40,658 bases of DNA from Bifidobacterium breve. Its GTDB lineage: Bacteria; Actinomycetota; Acidimicrobiia; Acidimicrobiales; Microtrichaceae. The stretch covers positions 1-40,658 of the forward strand of contig CAMDAT010000001.1 of NCBI GenBank assembly GCA_945888825.1. Reading direction: 5' to 3'. The notes beneath the pieces are model-generated. The model saw only the letters and a program-made list of their open reading frames with translations. It made no database searches and was not told the origin of the DNA. The position numbers and the translations under genes were made by a program. Positions 34,518-40,658 of the stretch are shown one piece after another (positions within the stretch are counted from its first letter, which is position 1; each line of letters begins with the position of its first letter).

Positions 34518-35696
34518 ATGGGGGAAGCTATGAATCAGATGATCAGCAGGTTTTCGGGTGGAACGAACCATAAACGGACCAAGCTGTGGGGCCTAGCTGC
34601 GGTGTTCGTCTTCGCATCAGCGAGCGTCTCATGTGTACCTGCCCCGCAAGCACCGCCCACACCGCCGCCACCATGCAACGAACCCGTATGCCCGCTGGCG
34701 GCTGCCGCGCGTGCTCGCGGGATATACATGGGCGCCGAGGTCAACGCTGGCCGTCTGGCCACAAACCCTGCATACGCTGAGGCTGTTGTTCGCAACTTCA
34801 CCTCCGTGACGCCCGGGAATGAGCTCAAGTGGTCGGTCCTTCGCCCGTCTCCTACTGAGTGGAACTGGGGTCCAGCTGACTCAATAGTTGAGTTCGCAGA
34901 GGCAAATAACCTTGGCGTTCGAGGTCATACCTTGGCTTGGGTAAACGAATCTGGCGATCAAAACGGTCTGCCACCTTGGCTCCGCGGAGTCACCGACCCT
35001 GAGGCCTTTAGAACCTACGTCCTTGACGGAGTCGCCGAAACTGTCGGTAGATACCGAGGTCGCATCGACCGTTGGGATGTCGTGAATGAGGCGTTTGTTT
35101 ACTACAACGGGGAGCGTGCCCCATCCGTGTATGACCGAATGGGCCCGGATTACATCGCCGATCTGTTTGCAGCAGCCCATGCCGCAGACCCGGATGCCTC
35201 GCTGTGGCTCAATGAGGTCTTCACCGAACTGTTCCCTGACAAAGCTAACGCCATCTTGAGCCTTGTTTCTTCGCTGCGTAACCGGGGTGTGCCCATCCAC
35301 GGAGTTGGTTTACAGACCCACCTCACCCTGACACCCGAAGCCCCCGCAGCAGGCTCAATCAGCGGACTTGTATCGCGACTCAGGAGTCTTGGGGTGGAAG
35401 TTGCAATCACCGAACTCGACGTTCCTCTGGGGCCACTGCGGGGTGAGCAAGCTCAAGTGGACACCTACCGACAGGTCGTACGCGAGTGCTTAATCGCTGG
35501 TTGTTCAGAGATAACAACCTGGGGTGTTACTGATGCATTCACGACCCTAGACAGCGCCGGCCAGCGAGAGAATAACCCGCTACTTTCGGCATTCTTCTCG
35601 AATCCAAGCAAACCTCTGCTGCTCGATACCGCCTACAACCCGAAGGCCGCGTATCAAGCTGTTGTAGAAGCGATTGAGCAAACTCCGCGACCTTGA
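34518..35696 (+). CDS. Glycoside hydrolase family 10 (endo-1,4-beta-xylanase-like), probable lipoprotein
   Basis: TPGNELKW, RGHTLAW, WDVVNE (acid/base), GVGLQTH and ITELD (nucleophile). Signal peptide ends in Cys, followed by a Pro-rich linker. Confidence 0.9.
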   Translation: MGEAMNQMISRFSGGTNHKRTKLWGLAAVFVFASASVSCVPAPQAPPTPPPPCNEPVCPLAAAARARGIYMGAEVNAGRLATNPAYAEAVVRNFTSVTPGNELKWSVLRPSPTEWNWGPADSIVEFAEANNLGVRGHTLAWVNESGDQNGLPPWLRGVTDPEAFRTYVLDGVAETVGRYRGRIDRWDVVNEAFVYYNGERAPSVYDRMGPDYIADLFAAAHAADPDASLWLNEVFTELFPDKANAILSLVSSLRNRGVPIHGVGLQTHLTLTPEAPAAGSISGLVSRLRSLGVEVAITELDVPLGPLRGEQAQVDTYRQVVRECLIAGCSEITTWGVTDAFTTLDSAGQRENNPLLSAFFSNPSKPLLLDTAYNPKAAYQAVVEAIEQTPRP

Positions 35697-35758
35697 GAGA
35701 AGCAACAAATCTGCTTGCTCAGTGCGATTAGTAATCCCTAGATGAAGCAGAATCTCGC

Positions 35759-35795
35759 TGTCACACCCCCAACCTAGAGTCGTACATATGTTCGA
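35759..35795 (+). promoter_or_regulatory. RecA-NDp/PafBC-type promoter (TGTCAC-N10-TAGAGT) plus an overlapping near-consensus LexA box (TCGTAC-ATAT-GTTCGA) on the start codon
   Basis: TGTCAC 35759-35764, TAGAGT 35775-35780, SOS-like box 35780-35795 with one mismatch. ATG 35788 lies 7 nt after the -10 (leaderless). Confidence 0.72.
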
Positions 35796-37065
35796 TCCAG
35801 AGATCACGGCGGCAGACCAGGCCAGTAGCAGCGTGATAGATCTCGATCCACTCCTTACAGCTCTTCGCAGCTTTGCCGTCTGGGATTCCTCCGATGCCAC
35901 CGAAGAAGAACTGCTCACACTCGCACCCCAAACAGAGGTAGTACGACGCATTCTCGACTCCTTCTCCTGTCGTGTCCTAGCTGAGCTCGAGTCGCGTGGC
36001 AGTACCGACTCCGTTGACGGCATGCGCACCGGCCCGTGGCTTGCGCATCTTGCCAAGCTTCCCGTTGGTCAGACCAAGGCCCGAGTTAGAGTCGCAACAA
36101 AACTTCGCACCACCCTGCCTCAGGCAGACTCAGCTCTAGCCGAGGGGCTCATCAGCTATGAACATGCCAAAGTCTTGGCCGAGGCATGCAACCCACGCAT
36201 TTCAGAATCATTTGCTGCAGTAGTACCCGACCTGATTCAGGCCGCACAGCACTCCACGTTTGATCGCTGGCGCAAAGAGGTCGCCGGCCTAGCCGAGCTT
36301 CTAGATGCTGACGGCGGCCACACACCAGGCGACTGCGTATCCGACAACAAATTGTCTATGAGCCGCGGCTTAGAGAACACGCTGCAACTCAACGGGCAAC
36401 TCTGCGGGCAATTTGGGCTCAGTGTGGAACATGCAATCAACACTCGTGCCGATCAGATATTCAAACGCATGCAGGCCGATCAGGAACTCACTCCAGACTT
36501 GACCGTTCCGCACAGGTCAACCCTGCGGGCGCTCGCACTGTGGGAGCTCATCAGAGAGTCGGGATCTACTGACCTCGGATGTACCCAAGCACCAGTTACC
36601 GAACTCTCAGTCGTTGTTCAGGCACAGGATGCTCAAACAGTCACCGATTCAGAAGGTCTGCCAATCGGCAATACCGATCAATCCACACTGCTCTGCGATC
36701 CAGTATTTCGGGCTGTGGTCACTGCGGTTCATGGGATCGTGATTGCACATGGTCGTGATCAGCGGCTTACTAACAGAGCACAAAGGCGTGCAATTGCTCA
36801 CCGCGACGGTGGCTGTGTGTGGCCCGGTTGCACACACCGCCCGGCATGGACTGATGCTCATCACATCCAACACTGGCAGCACGGTGGCAGCACAGAGCCC
36901 TCAAACCTGGCCTCACTCTGCCGCTATCACCACATGGTCACTCATCGCAACGGGTGGAACATGCAGGTCACCGATGATCAATGGTTCTGGTGGACATCCC
37001 CCACGGGTCAAAGGTTCTGGTCACAACGCCACGGCAAGCAACGTGCTGGGCCCTTGCCCAACTAA
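35788..37065 (+). CDS. DUF222 (13E12 repeat family) protein with a C-terminal HNH endonuclease
   Basis: ALAEGLISYEHAKVL and AQRRAIAHRDGGCVWPGC...DAHHIQHWQHGGST..SNLASLCRYHH..H..GW. Confidence 0.9.
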   Translation: MFDPEITAADQASSSVIDLDPLLTALRSFAVWDSSDATEEELLTLAPQTEVVRRILDSFSCRVLAELESRGSTDSVDGMRTGPWLAHLAKLPVGQTKARVRVATKLRTTLPQADSALAEGLISYEHAKVLAEACNPRISESFAAVVPDLIQAAQHSTFDRWRKEVAGLAELLDADGGHTPGDCVSDNKLSMSRGLENTLQLNGQLCGQFGLSVEHAINTRADQIFKRMQADQELTPDLTVPHRSTLRALALWELIRESGSTDLGCTQAPVTELSVVVQAQDAQTVTDSEGLPIGNTDQSTLLCDPVFRAVVTAVHGIVIAHGRDQRLTNRAQRRAIAHRDGGCVWPGCTHRPAWTDAHHIQHWQHGGSTEPSNLASLCRYHHMVTHRNGWNMQVTDDQWFWWTSPTGQRFWSQRHGKQRAGPLPN

Positions 37066-37910
37066 TCAGCTACGGGCTGTGCCGTTTGAGCGTCGTAGAT
37101 GCCGCTGGGATTGTCCGTCGTTCCGGGCAACACAATGCGAAGGCCTGCACCAAAATCTTTCATGAAGGGCAGCATCGGTGTAATCACCGTTTGCATGGCC
37201 GCGTGTTCAAGAACTTGAGCAGCGGAATCAAACTTGGCTAATTCGATCATGGTCCGAATCGTTGGAAAGATCATGGTGATGCGCGCAGCTTCGTGGTCTG
37301 CAAGAGCCGTCGCTGGGGTCAACCATCGCGTGGCTATTACCTCGGCATCATCATGAAGAGCCACTTGTCCCTCAGGTGCGGCCGCCACAAAGAACCGAGT
37401 GTCGTAGCGCCGTGGAGCGCCGAGTGGGGTCACCCACCGAGAAAAATAGTGGATATTGCCAACTTCAAGTCGAAGTTGCTCCTCAAGACAAATCTCAGCC
37501 AGCCTGCGGCGCCCGCTGTCGACATCACGACGATGGACTTCAAACCGGGCCGCTACCTGTGGATCCGCAAACGAGATCCTCTCCCCGACCATCGTTTCGG
37601 CTAGGAGCAGCCCAGCCTCCTCGAAGGATTCACGAATAGCTGCAACCCAGAAAGCCAACCCCCCTTGGTCAACATCCAAGAGACGAGAGGCCTCTTCGTC
37701 GGTCCGACCAAGAAACATGCCGGCTAGGTCGTCGCCGGCATCTTGCGGGTCAACACCCCCACCGGGAAAGACATACGCGCCGCCGACATAGTCCGACTGC
37801 AAGTTGCGCTGCAACATGCAGACCTCAACTCCATCCGGCCCGTCGCGCAGCAACATCACCGTGGCCGCATCACGAACTTCAACCCCGTTGGGGTCAGACT
37901 GGCCCATCAC
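37062..37910 (-). CDS. NUDIX hydrolase (NUDT19-like, split Nudix box)
   Basis: DAATVMLLRD, YVFPGGGVD, AAIRESFEEAG and WVTP..APRRYDTRFF. Confidence 0.88.
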   Translation of the reverse strand: MMGQSDPNGVEVRDAATVMLLRDGPDGVEVCMLQRNLQSDYVGGAYVFPGGGVDPQDAGDDLAGMFLGRTDEEASRLLDVDQGGLAFWVAAIRESFEEAGLLLAETMVGERISFADPQVAARFEVHRRDVDSGRRRLAEICLEEQLRLEVGNIHYFSRWVTPLGAPRRYDTRFFVAAAPEGQVALHDDAEVIATRWLTPATALADHEAARITMIFPTIRTMIELAKFDSAAQVLEHAAMQTVITPMLPFMKDFGAGLRIVLPGTTDNPSGIYDAQTAQPVAD

Positions 37911-37935
37911 TTCGTAGATTCTAGATGCTTTGGAT

Positions 37936-38196
37936 TTAGCTGCGCTGACTCTCGAGCGACCTGCGCTCGCTTTCGTTCAGACCGCCCCAAATACCGTGGG
38001 ACTCACCGATCTGGATTGAATAGGCCAAACAGTCAGTCTCTACCGAACATCCGGCACAAATTGCTTTGGCGCGACGCTCGCGCTCAATCCGATCCGCCTT
38101 CCGCTCAAATTGCGGTGGTGGAAAGAAAACTGCTGATTGCGGACCACGGCATGCTGCTTTGGCTTGCCATGCACTTGAACACTGTTGTGCACTCAC
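37936..38196 (-). CDS. WhiB family Fe-S transcription factor (WhiB3/WhiD-like)
   Basis: WQAKAAC...FFPP...AKAICAGCSV...C...GIWGGLNESER. Probable start is GTG 38196 after GAGGGGG. Confidence 0.92.
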   Translation of the reverse strand: MSAQQCSSAWQAKAACRGPQSAVFFPPPQFERKADRIERERRAKAICAGCSVETDCLAYSIQIGESHGIWGGLNESERRSLESQRS

Positions 38197-38270
38197 TGGT
38201 ACGAACCCCCTCGCTTCAGTGCCATTGACCATAAATCAGTACTTGTACCAAGAACAAGGGGAAATCTGAA

Positions 38271-39641
38271 TTATTTTGCGGGTCCCTCGACCTGTGATTC
38301 TGCCTCAGGGTCAGCTTCAGGTTCAGGTTCACCCTTTCGACCCGACCGCATCTCGCGATAATCCATGGCGCCACCCTCCTCGGGTTCAACCCCAAGAACG
38401 AGCCCATCGATCTCGACCACCCGGATACTGTCACCCACCAAGACCGGTGTTGCACGATTCGTTCGTGCTCGCCACTGCGCTCCTCGAATAAGCACCATGC
38501 CCTCTGGATTGATTTCACTACTCGCTTGGCCAAGCTCACCAATCATCCACTCCCGACCAATAGTTGGAGTAGCGAACCGTGTGCGAATCATTGCCGGCAT
38601 CCCAGAAAACACCACTACTCCCATTCCGGCGATTCCAGCGAGCAGGGCAATCCAGGTGGGTCGGAACTCGACAAATAAGAACACCGATCCAACGCTGAAG
38701 GCCACCATCGAAATAATCGTCCAGAGTCGCGGAACGCCAGTTTGCATATCAATGGCGAACCCGAAGAACGAGAACAACAACAGGGCCAGGGCCCAAGGGG
38801 TAAACGGCAGCTCCGCAACCCCAAAGCCTCCGAGCAACACGAACACAGCGCCGATCACGCCGGCCACCCCAACACCAGCAGTAAAGAACTCAAACAACAG
38901 CAGTCCCAGTCCGATGACCAGCAACAGATAGGCAACCGAGGGGCTCGCCGCAGTGTGCATCAGTTGCACCTGAAGCGGAAGCTTCGATAGTCGAACTCGT
39001 TGCACGGGTTGCTTCTGCTCACGACCATCCACCTTGACCACTTTGGTCTCTACAGAGTCAAGGTTTCCCACATGATCCACCAAGGTTGGGTCAAAGCGAT
39101 CAACCAAGCCCGCCTTCACCGCCGCCTCACCAGAAAATGTTCGCGTCAGGCCAGCGGCTGCTCGACCGGCAAATAGGTCGCCAAACTGCTGCTCATCGAG
39201 TCGCTGCGAACCAACATCACCGATCTTTGAACCAGGGGTAATCCCAGAGGAGTCAGCAACTTGAGCTAACTCGGCCGCGCCACCCAATGCGTACGAACCA
39301 GATGCACCGATCCAGATCGAAACTGGAATTCCTGAGCCTTGGATGGCAGCGGCAACCTGATCTAGACGGGTATCCGAAACGGCGGAGCCGGCACTGTCGA
39401 ATTGCAGCACCACACCCACCACGTCTCCGGCGGCATTCGCTCGCTCAATGCTGTCGATCATGAAGTTCGCTTCGATCTCATCGATCAGGCCATCAACGGC
39501 CACCACGTCAACGCAGCCTGACTTTCCACAGCTGCCTTGAGCAGAAACTGCAGGCGCCAATGAAGCGGCCAACGCGGCAATGCCACCAATCAGCACCAAG
39601 GTGATAGCAAGTCGCCGAGTAGGTCTAGGTAGTGTGAACAC
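38271..39641 (-). CDS. NfeD family membrane protein (long form: ClpP-like N-domain, TM domain, OB-fold)
   Basis: Signal peptide, VDGLIDEIEANF, LLLFEFFTAGVGVAGVIG and IGREWMIGELG...PEGMVLIRGAQWRAR...GDSIRVVEIDGLVL. Confidence 0.85.
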   Translation of the reverse strand: MFTLPRPTRRLAITLVLIGGIAALAASLAPAVSAQGSCGKSGCVDVVAVDGLIDEIEANFMIDSIERANAAGDVVGVVLQFDSAGSAVSDTRLDQVAAAIQGSGIPVSIWIGASGSYALGGAAELAQVADSSGITPGSKIGDVGSQRLDEQQFGDLFAGRAAAGLTRTFSGEAAVKAGLVDRFDPTLVDHVGNLDSVETKVVKVDGREQKQPVQRVRLSKLPLQVQLMHTAASPSVAYLLLVIGLGLLLFEFFTAGVGVAGVIGAVFVLLGGFGVAELPFTPWALALLLFSFFGFAIDMQTGVPRLWTIISMVAFSVGSVFLFVEFRPTWIALLAGIAGMGVVVFSGMPAMIRTRFATPTIGREWMIGELGQASSEINPEGMVLIRGAQWRARTNRATPVLVGDSIRVVEIDGLVLGVEPEEGGAMDYREMRSGRKGEPEPEADPEAESQVEGPAK

Positions 39642-39664
39642 AGTGCGAACTCCGAACGGAAATC

Positions 39665-40633
39665 GTGGATCCTAAGCAGTTTTTGACTACATCAGGTGTA
39701 ATCATCGTCGCCGGGAAAGGCGGTGTCGGCAAAACGGCCGTCTCCGCTGCCCTAGCGATGGCTTCTTCATCTGTTGGATTACGCACGCTTATTGTTGAAG
39801 TTGAAGGCAAGAGCGGACTCGCCTCACTGTTCAACTCGGCACAATTCAGCTACAGCGAAATCCAGTTGGTAGAGCCAAGCCTAGATGTAGGCGAGGTCAG
39901 GGCCCGTACGGTCCTACCAGAGGATGCCCTGTTGGACTACCTCAAGGATCACGGCCTGAAGCGCATCTCCGGCCGACTCGTCTCTACAGGGGCACTCGAT
40001 GTTGTCGCAACCGCAGTTCCAGGCATCAGCGATATTTTGGTCCTCGGGAAGATCAAACAGCTTGAGCGATCCCGTGAGTTTGACCTGATCATCGTTGACG
40101 CTCCCGCCGCTGGTCATGCAATTACTTTTCTTCGATCAGCTAGCGGCCTTGAGGACGCAGTCAAGGTCGGGCCAATCAACTCTCAGGCAAAGGATGTTTT
40201 GGCGTTACTCAATGACCCCACAAGGTGTCGAGTGTTATTAGTTACCTCCCCCGAGGAAACGCCGGTAAATGAACTCATCGAAACTGCCTACAGCTTGGAA
40301 GACGAGGTAGGCGTGAGCCTTGGACCCGTGGTCGTCAATGGGGTTCTTCCCGAGCTACCTGGCCTGCAAGCGAATCCACTCGAAGCAGCGGCCCAAGCTG
40401 GAGTCGAGCTGCAGCCGTCTGAAGCCCAGAATCTCGCAGATGCAGCGCTCTTCCGATTGCAACGAACTGCTTTGCAGCGAGCCCAGCTTGATCGCATGGC
40501 TCAGGAGCTTCCTCTGGCTCAGTTACTCCTTCCGTATGTGTTCACATCTGAACTCGGCCCAGATGGGCTAGCTCAGCTCTCTGACAGCCTGCTCGCAGAG
40601 ATTCGCGACCTACCTGAACCAAGTCGGAGCTGA
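39665..40633 (+). CDS. ArsA/Get3-family ATPase, single domain (Rv3679-like)
   Basis: Deviant Walker A GKGGVGKT, VPGISDILVLGKIKQLE, IVDAPAAGH and VTSPEETPVNE. Confidence 0.88.
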   Translation: MDPKQFLTTSGVIIVAGKGGVGKTAVSAALAMASSSVGLRTLIVEVEGKSGLASLFNSAQFSYSEIQLVEPSLDVGEVRARTVLPEDALLDYLKDHGLKRISGRLVSTGALDVVATAVPGISDILVLGKIKQLERSREFDLIIVDAPAAGHAITFLRSASGLEDAVKVGPINSQAKDVLALLNDPTRCRVLLVTSPEETPVNELIETAYSLEDEVGVSLGPVVVNGVLPELPGLQANPLEAAAQAGVELQPSEAQNLADAALFRLQRTALQRAQLDRMAQELPLAQLLLPYVFTSELGPDGLAQLSDSLLAEIRDLPEPSRS

Positions 40634-40638
40634 TTCAT

Positions 40639-40658
40639 ATGTCGCTTGAGTCGGTGGT
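40639..40658 (+). CDS. Possible 5' end of the next gene (MSLESV...), perhaps a second ArsA/Get3 paralogue
   Basis: ATG 5 nt after the upstream stop, open to the window edge. The identity is a guess based only on the tandem arrangement usual in Actinobacteria. Confidence 0.35.

Noticed and set aside
35788-37065. IS element or IscB/TnpB-type RNA-guided nuclease
   Set aside because: No transposase, RuvC motifs, terminal inverted repeats or room for an associated RNA; it matches DUF222-HNH.
39665-40633. Arsenite efflux ATPase of an ars operon
   Set aside because: It is a single domain with one Cys and no arsRBCD neighbours, matching the actinobacterial Get3-like type.

Overview
A gene-dense, roughly 55-60% GC (by eye) bacterial chromosomal segment. 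It is actinobacterial (WhiB, DUF222-HNH, actinobacterial-type LexA boxes, several apparent leaderless promoters) and probably Acidimicrobiia, which is an inference. About 36 CDSs are supported; I saw no rRNA, tRNA, CRISPR array or transposase. Most genes are housekeeping or metabolic: two MFS transporters, a Zn/Mn ABC operon with a Fur-family regulator, a sigma-70 factor, two Gfo/Idh/MocA oxidoreductases, several hydrolases, GH10, NUDIX, WhiB, NfeD and a Get3/ArsA-like ATPase. Five items stand out. (1) A near-eukaryotic ubiquitin domain (55/70 identities to human ubiquitin by my hand alignment from memory, no C-terminal diGly) appears inserted into a carbohydrate-binding-type jelly-roll; the first strand of that domain ends the upstream, ATGA-overlapping ORF. 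(2) A three-gene operon (MoxR AAA+ ATPase, HExxH metallopeptidase-vWA, unknown Cys/His-cluster protein) lies directly behind a perfect LexA box. (3) A Mre11/Rad50-like YhaO/YhaN pair has a membrane-anchored coiled coil, a PafBC/RecA-NDp-type promoter and a perfect 13-bp inverted repeat over the -10 and start codon. (4) A peptidase-S51-like domain is fused to the tRNA-binding C-terminus of cysteinyl-tRNA synthetase. (5) A vanadium-haloperoxidase-like lipoprotein is translationally coupled to a CRTAC1/ASPIC-UnbV lipoprotein. All family calls come from motifs recognised by eye; no searches were run.
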